Positions 39,478 to 51,705 of a stretch of DNA of 64,000 nucleotides are shown piece by piece. The notes below the pieces were generated by a model, which did no database searches, was not told the origin of the DNA, and worked only from the letters and a program-made list of their open reading frames with translations. Position numbers and translations under genes: made by a program. The stretch is from Octopus sinensis (lineage: Eukaryota). Location of the stretch: the NCBI RefSeq assembly GCF_006345805.1, contig NC_043005.1, positions 80,476,001-80,540,000 on the forward strand, given 5' to 3'. Each line of letters begins with the position of its first letter. Position 1 is the stretch's first letter.

Positions 39478-42400
39478 ATACAGATAGATAGATAGATGTT
39501 GACATAGATACATAGGTATGTGTGCGTGTCTTTGTTCGGAGCTTAGTCCCATCCTCTAACCGTTTGATAAGCGCGGTTTGCTTACGTAGTCTTAACATAG
39601 CAGTTCGGCATAAATGACAAGTAAAGAACAGGCCTTTAAAATAAGGTATGAGGGTGAATTTATTTAACTAAAACTCTTTATGGCAGTGCCTCAGCAAGTC
39701 GTACTCTAATCCCTGAACCAAGTAAAAGCTGATGCCTGAAATAAATAGTATGTTTCTGACTGCACTATGAAAATGATAACTTGCGCAGTTGGCAATATTT
39801 GGGCTTATCCCTTTAACTACACTAGGTCTTAGATAAACCGTTATTTCAATGTATTATTTAAGACAGTCTTAGTTGAACAAATGGTGGAAACGAAGGTTTC
39901 CTTTGATATTGTATTGATTTGGATGGAGAAAGCTTTCTCCACTCGAAGAAATGTTTTACACTTTATATTTCAAAATTAAAATTCATGGATATTGCAGTAA
40001 TTAAAAAAATGGAATTTGTATTTTAGTAAGTCACGTTGTCTCAGTAAACTAGAAATATTTCAATAAAAATAAGTTTGAAACATGACATTCCTCAAGAAAA
40101 AAGTCATTGGCTTATAAAACTGCTTTCCACAGTTAAGGGTTATGAACTTTCCAGTGGCTAAATCTGATATCCACAGGGAAAATATTAATATTGTGGTACC
40201 AACTGATAGAAGCTACAAATCATCTATCACCAATGCCAACGAAGATACTTCTGACAAACCAAGTTGATTAATTGAAATTTCGATTGATGGATTGATTGAT
40301 TGATTCACTGAAGAACTACTCAAACGGTCGGTTAGTTAAATGGTTAAATGTTAACGAATTGGCTAGTATTAAAAGAAGCGAAAGAGAATCTAGGCGTGTA
40401 TCTATTATTGGCATAATGGCCCAACCGAGATACAACGACATCTGTTTCAGTATAAAAGTCTACATAAAGAATCGCAGAAACCAAATGCAAAAACAAAACA
40501 TGCAAAAAGTTTAATTTCTGTAACAATTTCTCAAAAGAAAGAATCTACTAACCGAATGTACGCCCTCTCACGTAATTTCGATGTAATTTCCATTGCTTTA
40601 CGGGTATACGAACTGTTGCGTTGTTCTTGTTGGTTGATCCGAAGTGAGCAGTAATTCCCGTTACGTCTTTGTCTTTACTGAAAAAAAAAAAAAAAAGAAA
40701 ATTCAACTTATATAAAAATCCATTTTATCTATCCCTAACCCTGCTCTTGTTACTAGTATTTGTGGTCCTACTCTTTCTACCCTTCATCATCATCATTGCT
40801 CAGATGAAACTGGAAATGTACTGGAGCTTTGATTATGTTTTAGGTCGGTGCTTCATATACATTTTAAAACTATCATGCCCTTTCTTTTAGCAACTCTCTT
40901 TAAACATCTGTCCCAGCACTCAGTCATTCTATGTCAAGATTCAACAAACTCAAACAAGCCACAACAATTTACAGCCAACAGATTGATTTTCGTGAAACGA
41001 ATAAATGCGTCGTTTTAGGATTTGGTTTGTAAGACTCTTTATGTGAGTTCGTGTGTTGAAGCATATTCTGTTCTGTCTGGGGAGAGTCATTTTCTTTTTA
41101 TGCCTTATAATGTAACACGTGCCTTATAATGTAAATAACGGACAGAGTCAAGACTATTGAAAAGGTTGCAAGACGCAACGAATATTTTAGGAAAATAAAA
41201 ATAAGAATTAAGTGGAAATTTTACCGGTGATTATGTTACATTATAAGGTACAAAATAGAATGACTATCCCTAGACACAACAGAATAATGCGTCTATTCAT
41301 CAATATAAAATGAGTTCAAATAATTTTCACCACTAAAATTACCAGCTGTTTCACACGCAAGATAATCAATGGAAATGGGTTTTACAAACATAAAACGATG
41401 AAAGGATACCCCGAACGTTGTATACCATCCATAGTAACAGATGGTCACACTTGGAGACCCAGTCGGAAAGTGAATTGCCGATCGCTTCTGAGAGGAGAAA
41501 GCACCTGAGCATCTTATCCCATAACCCACGAATGAATGGGGAACGAAGAAGGTGAATGGACGCAAGATATGTCTCGCTTTTTAGGAGTTAATATCGTCCA
41601 TTTCGCGAAACACAGTTTTGCGTAGATGTTTCGTAGATGTTGTTGAGCAGGCTTGTGATTAACAGCATTCCTCATCTGACCATCCTATTTTACTTTCTCT
41701 AATACCGCATTATGCAATGTGTTCTTCCCTTCTGAAGATGATGCAGAGGTTTTGAATGAGATTTAGCTGTTCTGTCTAGTGTGTGAAACGTCGATGCAGG
41801 AAATCTTCTCCCTGATATAGGAATATCTGTCTCTCCCCCAGTATTCTAGTATCTATTCACTCATATCAATGGAAACCAGTTGCGCCAAAACTATGCGCTT
41901 CGTTTTCGTGTAGTGATTTAAGATATCTTATTAAACCTTAAGACAGTGAGCTGACAGACAGGTTAGCACTCCGGGCCAAATGCTTAACGGCATTTCGTCC
42001 ATCTTTGCAGTCGGAGTTCGAATTTCGTCGATCCTTACATGGTCTTTCATCGTTTCGAGGTTTATCAACTTCACCCAAAATAACTGACGTTGAACCAAAA
42101 TTTAAAATTGATGTCTTACTAAAGTCTAAGGCAGCGAGCTGACATGATCATTAACACGACGGTTAAATTGCATAGCGGCATTTCGTCCGTCATTAGGGTC
42201 AGAGTTCTATTCACGCCGAATTCTACTTTGCCTGCCATCATATCGAGATCGATAAATTAAATATCATTTAAGCACTGGTGTCCAGGTTTACGACTTACAA
42301 TTGCCTCGAAATTGTTAGCCTTGTGCAAAAGTTGATATCTGACTAAACTAACGACGACAAACCAGCTGTTCTGAGTTCAAATTCTGCCGTGGTCGATTTG

Positions 42401-44724
42401 CCTTACATCCTTTCGGTATCAATAAAATAAGTACCACTTGGACAAAGTGGTAGATGCAATCGACGCTTACCTCTCTCCTGAAATTGCTGGCCTTGTGCCG
42501 AAACTTGAAATCAATATTAGAAATCTGTATTTTGCATTTCATTATTTTTGTTTATTACTAAAATTTGAATGTTTGGAAATTAAAATGGTAGGATGTAAAT
42601 TGAAAGAGATTGGACTGCCACTTCTAGGAGGTCAAGCAGTGTAGTAGAAGCTTTCGATTTAGCAGGTTCAGCTGCTAGAAGTAACTGTTAAATATCCCTG
42701 AAATCTCATTCAATTTTATTTTGAAATATGGCAATATATATACATGGGATTATAAATTGCCACATCTCCAACCAGACAGGGTTGTCAAGATTACAACACT
42801 TCTCATAAGTCAAGATGACTAGCGCTGATACGAGGCAAAATGCATGAAACCACTGATATCATTACCACCACCACTACCACCACCACCACCAACACCAACA
42901 CCACCACCAACACCAACACCACCACCACAACCACAGCAACTATAGAATTTTGATTTATATATTTGAAAATAAATCTAAATGGAACAAATTTTCAGTGGGA
43001 ATATAAACACGAATCATAGTCGCAAGCGTTGCTGTGTGATTAAGAAGCTGGCTTTTGAGTCCCGCTATGCGGCACCTTGGGCAATTATTTTCTGAAGGAG
43101 CTCCGGATCGCACAATGCAGTGTGAGAGTACATGGTAGACAGAAACTGTGTAGAAGCCTGATACACACATACACACACATAAATATACACACACATAAAT
43201 ATACACACACATAGACATATGTGTGTCTTGGTACCTCTGTTTGTCCCACGACAGCCACCGTTTGACAACCGCTGTTGCTTTGCTTACGTCTCCGCATCTT
43301 AGTGATCCGGCAAAAAATGTTCGATAGAATAAGTGACTTAAAAAATATGATAATTGGGGAAGTTTTTTTTTTCTTCGGAGGTGGGGATAGTTGCGGAATT
43401 AAATCCTTCAAAACGGAGCCCAAGAACAGTGGAACCCAACAACCAAAACAATCAAACATACTTACATGCAATGGGCTGCTGTCAAGATATGTTTCTTGCC
43501 AATCAAAGTTGCACCACAGAATGTGCCTCCATCACGTAGGTCAATACTGATGTATACCATATGAGGAAACTCACAATGTCGACTTTCAGTTCCACCCACA
43601 ATATGTTCGTTTACTTCCTTCACTGAAAACAAGAAAATATCTCATTTCTCTCACTGCACAAACGTTTATCGGATCGCATTAGCATTGTGGTAATCAAGCT
43701 TGAGTAAATCACTCATTCATATGTGATTGAGAAATTTTGAAAAGAAATATGTCTATGAAGTGCCAATGATGGAATATTTAGACCTTTTTTCACATCCTCC
43801 TCGATGCTTAAGTGTTAAACTTTTATAATACTTTGATAAGACATGTCAGATAATTTCCAGAAGTATTTAATTAACTCCGATATTTTGTTTTAGATTCAAC
43901 GTCACAGTTCATCTTGTGTCATGAAAATAAAAAGCAGTCAAATTTTTGAGGTTCATATACGCCATTTTGATTATGATAAATAGGCAACGTAAATGTAAAT
44001 TGTTGCCGTATTTCCATCTAATATTATTTTCAAAAACTACAGAAGTAATTAAGCAACTTCAAAATTCGTTTACACTGTATGCCATTGAAGCAAGGATCCA
44101 ATCATATCCTTGTTACCTCTCGCACCATTTTCCATCTTGTGTTCAAATAATATACTCGCGAAAGCAAATCTAATCTCGATATGCGTCATAAAAAATTGAA
44201 GATGGTAAAGAATTTAATGCAAATACTATGCAAATCGATTTATGAATCTAATTCACCCTTGAAGGCCATTTGTCACTCGAAATTATTTTTCCATAGGAAT
44301 TTCAAGAGAGGGCCTAGCGAATTCATTTAAAAGGTATGTCAACAGTGGGAAAGCCAGAGACAGAAGAACAGACGTTCTCCTGTTTATTTTCAGCCGTTGT
44401 TGGCGGTTTGCATCTTCGTTATTCAAGACAGCATTCGTCACCCGGGACGCTTTATGTCCGAAAAATTATTCGTAAAGAATTTTTCCGTATTTGAGAGGCA
44501 TTCGTAAACTGTATATTAAACAGGAAATTAAACATTTACATTTGAAGTTATTAAATTATACATAAAAATTCTACATTAAAAGCATTAATGCTATAAGATG
44601 CATATAGGATAATTAACGAAATCGAAAAGATGTCAAAACACGCAGCTTTGTTTTCTTACTTACTGGGTACTGCATAGCAGCAGGCCACCACTGCAAGGAT
44701 GATCAATCGAAGAGATTTATGCAT
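33683..44724 (-). CDS. Secreted S1 (chymotrypsin-fold) serine protease, paralog B, 6 coding exons, 258 aa
   Basis: Exons (minus): 44724-44664, 43622-43466, 40677-40553, 35287-35156, 35020-34875, 33838-33683. All introns are GT..AG and phase-compatible (1,2,1,1,0); 777 nt open. Protein: [266 protein letters not shown] and GDSGG motifs are intact. Confidence 0.93.
36370..38937 (+). mobile_element. CR1/Jockey-group LINE (APE + RT), broken and 3'-truncated, antisense in intron 3 of paralog B
   Basis: APE: [49 protein letters not shown]: [48 protein letters not shown]. The frame stops abruptly after GYTGPQ. Confidence 0.88.
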
Positions 44725-44768
44725 GGTGATCAAAACCTGAGATCTGCATGCACACAGTTTGTAGTGCA

Positions 44769-44788
44769 TATTTATAGGAAGTCAGTTG
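44769..44788 (-). promoter_or_regulatory. TATA box (TATAAATA) and adjacent E-box of paralog B
   Basis: TATAAATA at 44776-44769, ~45 nt upstream of the ATG, and CAACTG at 44788-44783. Both are conserved in paralog C. The ATG context is ATCACCATG. Confidence 0.7.
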
Positions 44789-44866
44789 CCCCCTCATTCC
44801 CTGCCTTTCTCTGCACATGCATGCATCCGCAGACACAAACAAACATACATACATATATGTATAAAC

Positions 44867-44926
<60 letters not shown>

Positions 44927-44928
44927 TT

Positions 44929-44987
<59 letters not shown>

Positions 44988-45303
44988 ATTGCTTGAAATG
45001 TATGAGTTGTTTTCATTCTTTTCTTCTCTCTCATTCCTTTCTGTTAAAGTCGTGAGCCCGAAACTAAAAGACTTTCATTTTTCCCCGGTCTTCAAACTGA
45101 CACACTTGCTTGTTTTTCATACACCTGTCTTCGACTTTTGCTTTTCTATGAATTTCAAATATATACATACATACATACATACACACATACAGAGATACAT
45201 GCATACATACATACATACATACATACATACATACATACATGCATACATGCATACATACATACATACATACATACATACATACATACATACATACATACAT
45301 ACA

Positions 45304-45335
<32 letters not shown>

Positions 45336-46130
45336 AGTATGGCTTTCGAATCACATTTTTCATATGTTAAATATAAAGAAGCAAACATTTGTCTGAATAA
45401 AATAGAGATTAATGCCTGTTGCTTGTAGGTCAATGTTTCCTATTTTTACCATTGAAACAATCAATAGAGCCATTATTTTCATTCGCTTCAGTGTAAAAGA
45501 AGTTTTCCTGAAGAATATAACGACATCTCTGAAACTGATAGGATTGTGTTAATCTGACGCATTTCACAGAAATTTTTGTTGTGAGTTAAATCAAATATCA
45601 ATACATTTTCTTTATATTTTGTTGCTATCAAAACAAGTTCTAAGCTCAGCTGTTAACTCTCAAACGCCTTCTTTAGCTTTGCCATATGGCCAGACATGTT
45701 AAATTTTATTCCGTCCTTAAGAAATAATTAACAAATTACCAGACAACAATATCAAACAAGAGGCCTCTGGGCGCGTTTGTCCAATCGCTTGTCTAAGTAT
45801 TCAACGACATGCATCGGTTATTTACTGTAATGTCTACATGTGTCCCGTCATATTAGATCTGGCAAATCTAACACCAAACTTAGCTAAAGAGGTTTAATAA
45901 AACTAAAAGATTTAAGGAATATTCATCGTATTTCCGAAGTTCTGATTCAAACGTTATGGCTGTTCAACGTAACATAATAGAATTACAACACCGACATTCC
46001 GGAAAACTGAACAGGTATCTCTATGAATCCGTACTAGTTTACTAATTCTAGTGGCTATCGGGCTACTTTACTGGTAGCTTTTACAGTTCAATATTAGATT
46101 GACTTAGATTGACCACTGACCATTAAAAAT

Positions 46131-46196
<66 letters not shown>

Positions 46197-47520
46197 ACAA
46201 ATATGCACAAACATATATTTCCATTGTAAACATCATTACTTCAGGTACCACTGAAAACTGGTCTTATTTTACGAAAGAAGTAAGTAATATGTTGCTAAAT
46301 TTAGATTTTGACTTTAGTTTTAATTATAAGAATAAAACACTCAACAGCTCAATGCATTTCTTTTTTTCAGCTTTAGAATTATTACTTTTATGTTCACATA
46401 TTTTCATTAAACCGAATTTTCTTTCTTCACTATTTTGTTGTCATTTTGTAAAATACTTGAAATAACAACAGGGAAGTGGGGCAGAATGAGTTATTCTCAA
46501 ATTCTTTTCTCATTTTCTTACTACTTGTTTAAAGATGTTACATTGCAAGTATTGCATGACCATTTTGTATTCTTGCATCATCTTTGGGCGTAAACATTGG
46601 CTACCATTGCTGTTGATGTAGTTGAGGCAGTTTCAAACCGTCAGGTTACAGGTAATTTATTTTCAAGAAATTTACCCTGAACATTAGACCCAGCTGTAAT
46701 TGAGGTTGCCAATAAAATATCTAGATAATTTCTGGTGTTCAACAATCCAAATGCGTTCCTCTGTTGTGTTCCATGTAAAATTTTTCCTACAGTAATGTCT
46801 AAGTTGATAAATTTCATTTTTCGAAAACTAAGGTCTATACTGGGGCAAAATGATTAATGATTAATTTCAATAATTTTTTCACTTTAACTGCATACTGAAT
46901 AAACGGTTCTGGAATTTTCAGAAAAGTCTTGCGAGAATATTTTCGACATATGGGAATTCATATGAGCATAATAAATACAGGAGAAAAAGTATTTTGTGTC
47001 TGGTTTAACGGCTATTGATCATATTTCACGACCACCTGATAGCCTCCTTGTTTCTTTATGAAAAAAAAAAAAAAGGAAAAAAGATTTTGTGTCTGATTTA
47101 AGGGGTATTTAGCTGTTATTTTTAGCACATCTCACGACCACCTCTTACCCTCCTTGTTTCTTTATCACTCTGACGTTTTCGTGCCTTTCAATATCTTTCT
47201 TTGTATGGTTGGGATTGAATTCAAAATTTAGAACTGTCTTTTATCTTAAAAAAAATTTTTAATTAAACAAAAACGAATATTTCATAGATGTATGTATCGA
47301 CCTATGTTTTCAAAATACCAAGAACTTAAAATGCTATGAGGATTTATATGGGGTACTTCTACTCAGTAGAAGAACATCTTCACTGCTTTACGTACATTTC
47401 TGGAGCATTTTATGCTAGTCAAATACGAACGCGAATGTTCATCCTGTCAGAATATCTATACTCGGTTTGAACGTATATTTTCGGTGTAATTTTCAGTTTT
47501 TCTTGCAAGTTCTTGTCAGA

Positions 47521-47672
47521 GGTGTAATTGGGTGATAAATTTGATTCCCAACCACATAGTTTCGGGTTCAGTCCCTCTGCGTGACACCTTGAGTAAGTAT
47601 ATCTACTATAGCCTCGGGCCGACCAAGGTCTTTTGAGTGGATTTAGTAGACAGAAAACTGAAAGAAGCCCGT

Positions 47673-47721
<49 letters not shown>

Positions 47722-48045
47722 CACACACACACATGCATACATACATACATACATACATATACATATATATATATGTATGTATGTATGCATGTATGTATGT
47801 ATGTATGTGTGTGTGTATGTATGTATGTGTGTGTGTATGTATGTGTGTGTGCGTGTGTGTTGTGTGTGTTTGCCCCTCACCATCGCTTGACAACCGATAT
47901 TGGTGTGTTTACGTCCTCGTAACTTAGCGGTTCGGCAAAAGAAACCGATAGAATAAGTACTAGGCTTACAAAGAATGAGTGCTATGATCGAAGGCGGTGC
48001 TCCAGCATGGCCGCAGTCAAATGAATGAAACAAGTCAAAGAATAA
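47521..48045 (+). mobile_element. tRNA-derived SINE
   Basis: Sense-orientation copy of the 5885-6318 family. Confidence 0.8.
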
Positions 48046-48069
48046 ATGAATATATCGTATCCTCTTATA

Positions 48070-49236
48070 AATAATGCAGGCTACCCAAGACGTGTCATAG
48101 CACACCTTTCTAACAGTTCTGATGCCCCGAAAGCTTTCTGCAACTTCATGAAGGAGTCGCAAATAAAAACACTCCTGCTGGCTTGGGTGCACCGTGTATA
48201 CCCTCCCGAGGCAATCCGAAAACTTAATGCCTGGATGCCCCCTATCGACGTCTACCCTCGACTGTCTTCGCGTGCAAATATTTTTATCCCACACAATGTA
48301 AGACGGCAGTTGCGGATAAATAAGTTGCTTTGCAAATGTGTCGGCTTGACACAACATAAAAAGAAAAACAGTAATTGTTGCCTCCTTCGGCTGGGCAGCA
48401 AGTTAGGCAGCATAGCGCTCAGAAAAGTATACGCCCTGAGCGTTCTTCAAATGGACAGTCATATGCACGATTGCCGGATGCCTTTGGTGGAAGGGGGAAA
48501 CCGAAGATACGCCAAAAATCCTCATTGCTGCTGATGTACCTCCCCGACGGGTACTCAGAAACGTGATCCCTTCCACTGGCACTTTGAAGGCCGAATACGG
48601 CGGCATCAGAGCCTTTGTTAACGTACTTACAAATGTAATTTATAGCTTTAACGGAACTGCAAAATTCAACATTTATATAGGCGTTAGAAATCGTCAAGGG
48701 AAGCGGACAGTAACAGACAACCCACCGATTGTCGACTTTACTTCGCTTTACTGTTGTGGTGAAGCCATCGTTCTTAGGCCGTCTCCGTCTGTACAGGGGG
48801 CACTAGTCTCCATCGGTTCACGTCTCATTAACAGATTGCTTAGGGAATCCCTTACTGCATGATCCCCTACTGTAGGCACGCATGATGGTCATCAACACCC
48901 AGCCCGCAACGATGTCATATAGCTCCTTGTCGATAGCAGGGTTAGGAATCTCAGCCGAGATGATAGAATCCACGTCGTTATAGTTGCTTTTCGTCGCTAG
49001 CCAAATCAGAATGTGAGCATGTGGATTCCCTCTCTTCTGCCACTCCAAGGTGTACATGTCTCACTTGACTGGCCCCTAAATCAATTTGGCCAACTTTTTC
49101 CGGAACACTCGAACGAGTAGATCATGCCCGTGGGTGGGTTGTTGCCCAGCGTAATGTTCGCGGGTTATTTCTACACATTTTGGCTTGCACGTGAACGTAA
49201 TATACAGGTCAGGATGACCATAATTTCGGATGTAAA
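48070..49236 (-). mobile_element. Helitron RepHel relic (Rep/HUH domain)
   Basis: YGHPDLYITFTC, YTLEWQKRGNPHAHILIW, IISAEIP, INVEFCSSVKAINYICKYVNKGSD, GRYISSNE..WRIFGF and LGRVYTVHPSQQECFYLRLL, with many stops and frameshifts. Confidence 0.9.
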
Positions 49237-49749
49237 CTAAAAAAGAAAATGTGCTAGTTGTTAATTACATGGTCATTAGGTTTTGTTTTCAAATTGAAGA
49301 AACCAGCATTAATTATCTAACATTCATAATTTCATTTAAAATGAAATAAATAGAAAAATTAAAACTATATATACATTTCTTTCAGAGGGGTTCATTTTTT
49401 TTTCTGCATTGTACTTTTCGCCATTGCAACACAGGAGACTTAACACATATTAACAAACTTGCGGATTTCACCGACTTGAAAATTGATAAAAGTTATGGTT
49501 GAAAATCGATTTTTACCGCTATCCTGTGGTGCCTCGGGAAAAAATAAGTTGACAAAAGAACAGCCATGATCGTGACCAATGTCCTCCTAACACACACACA
49601 CTCACAAATCCTGCCTTTATAGATGTAGATGCAAAAGAACACCACAAACTCATGTCCCGAGGTTCGTCTTCCATAAAGTATGTGAGATTCTTTGTTTACT
49701 CTTCTACGGAACACTACGTATATTTTTTAAATATATTTTAATTCAATTA

Positions 49750-50350
49750 AAGTGGCAAGCTGGGAGAATCATTAGCACGCCGGCGAAATGCTTAGCGGTA
49801 TTTCGTCTGCCGTTACGTTCTGAGTTCAAATTCAGCCGCAGTCGACTTTGCATTTCATCCTTTCGAGGTCGATTAAATAAGAACCAGTTACGCACTGGGG
49901 TCGATATAATCGACTTAATCCGTGTGTCTGTCCTTGTTTGTCGTCTCTATGTTTAGCCCCTTGTGGGTAGTAAAGAAATAGAAATAGGTATTTCGTTTGC
50001 CACTACGTTCTGAGTTCAAATTCCGCCGAGGTCGACTTTGCCTTTCATCCTCTCGGATAAATAAGTACCAGTTACGCACTGCGGTCGATATAATCGACTT
50101 AATATGTTTGTCTGTCCTTGTTCGTCCCCTCTGTGTTTAGCCTCTTGTGGGCAGTAAAGAAATAGGTATTTCGTCTGCCACTACGTTCTAAGTTCAAATT
50201 CCGCCAAGGTCGATTTTGCCTTTCATCCATTCGGGGTCGATTAAATAAGAACCAGTTTCGTACTGGTCGATATGATCGACTTAATACTTTTGCCTGTACT
50301 TGTATGTCCCCTCTCTGTGTAGCCCCATGTGGGCAATAACGAAATAAATG
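49750..50350 (+). mobile_element. Head-to-tail SINE trimer
   Basis: One full copy (49750-49985) followed by two copies (49986-50165, 50166-50350), both beginning at GGTATTTCGT(C/T)TGCC. Confidence 0.8.
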
Positions 50351-51460
50351 AATTTTAATTAATGTTTTATATAGTGCAGTATTGTACTACATTTTTATTT
50401 ATCAATTTTAAGGAGTGAACATGCTTCTTTTACCGAAGAAAGGATTAAAATCTACAAAAATATAAATACATATCGGTCGTACAAACCCGCGATATGCCGA
50501 GGAGCCCGCGATATAAATTTACATATATTAGCCAGAAAAGTCCGTGATGTGCTGATGTCGCCATAGGTCGACCATGTTATGACGAGTGATTACTGCATAC
50601 TCTTACAAAGTAGCGTCTACATGCTGTATGCGTTTGTTGGTTCGTGATACGTAAACGTGTCTTTGTGTGCTTGCTTGCGTGTTCAGCGTATGTATATGTA
50701 CTCTGATGTCGACCAACTGGTCAGTAGTACTTAGGTGTCAGCTAGTGTTATTTATTCCTTTATTTATTTTGCCAAATAAACACTCGCATTATATTTTCGT
50801 TCTTCACTCGTTTGCTATTGTTTTTATTTTATCTTATGTTTATTTTTTTGGAAATCCTTTGTCAAGTATCTGTGACCTCTTCAGTGACTCTTCCACCCAC
50901 GTGTTTCCCTGCTTCTGTTCTGCATGTGCTTATTTGGCAACAAGTAAAAATAAATTAAGCTAGTAACAAACCATAACTTTATGGTGCTGCTACTGTATAA
51001 GACTCTCTGAGAGATTTAGAAATGCAATATTTCTAATTTTGTAGAAGAGTGAATTTATTTCACGTGAAATTCTATTTTCAAAGGTGAACAAGCGTCGATA
51101 GCTAGCAAGCCAAGATACTCCAGACTGATAAAGAGAAATGACACTGAAAATAGTCTCTAGATTCTGGCTTTGCTGGTTGGAGGTGCTTATCTCCCCTGTT
51201 CGTAAAGTCAAGGACAGTACGCTTGAGTCACATAGCCAGCTGAAAATAACAGTAGCGTTCTTCCCTTTGCTGGGACTGCAACATTAAGCTGGCAACAAAC
51301 AATCGCTTAAAAACAAAATATGACCATCCTTAAATACGACAACATCCGTTTCAATACACGATGTCACATGTTGAATCTTGCAAAACAGATTCATGAACGT
51401 ACTTTTTGAGTGTTTTATTTTTTCAAAGTTTTGTTATTTTTATTCTATACTTCTTGGACA

Positions 51461-51705
51461 TGGGCGTATGGCGTACTGGTTAAGAATGGGGGTTACTAAC
51501 CCCAAGATTCTGAGTTCGATTCCAAGCAGTGACCTGAACAATAATAACAACTCATCGAAAAGCACCTTAGGAAAGAGAACCCAGGTTCGAAATTTCTCCA
51601 AGACACCCGAAGAAGGCTGGAGGGTATATCAGCCGAAACATTGTGTTAACAACAAACAAGATGAGTACAAATATCCGTCGAATGTAAATAATAGAAATAA
51701 TGCAA
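51461..51705 (+). mobile_element. Short element: tRNA-like head + (AAY)n + hammerhead-like tail
   Basis: A-box-like TGGCGTACTGG, B-box GTTCGATTCC and hammerhead-like motif 51602-51647. A second copy is split by the Dong LINE (29101-29214 + ~31960-32140). Confidence 0.7.

Larger units (their letters stand above)
24390..45500. repeat. Segmental duplication unit B (paralogous to ~49660-64000)
   Basis: Approximate collinear blocks seen by eye: 24390-27080~49660-53030; 27780-27960~54790-54950; 28735-28920~54990-55180; 33480-35880~56890-59290; 40280-43960~59430-62220; 43960-45500~62625-64000. Unit A: 10815-12660~53040-54760 and 14700-15180~33500-33960. Confidence 0.85.

Noticed and set aside
46440-46860. 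Possible Tc1-like N-terminus (TTEERIWIVEH) on the minus strand
   Set aside because: Too short and decayed to support.
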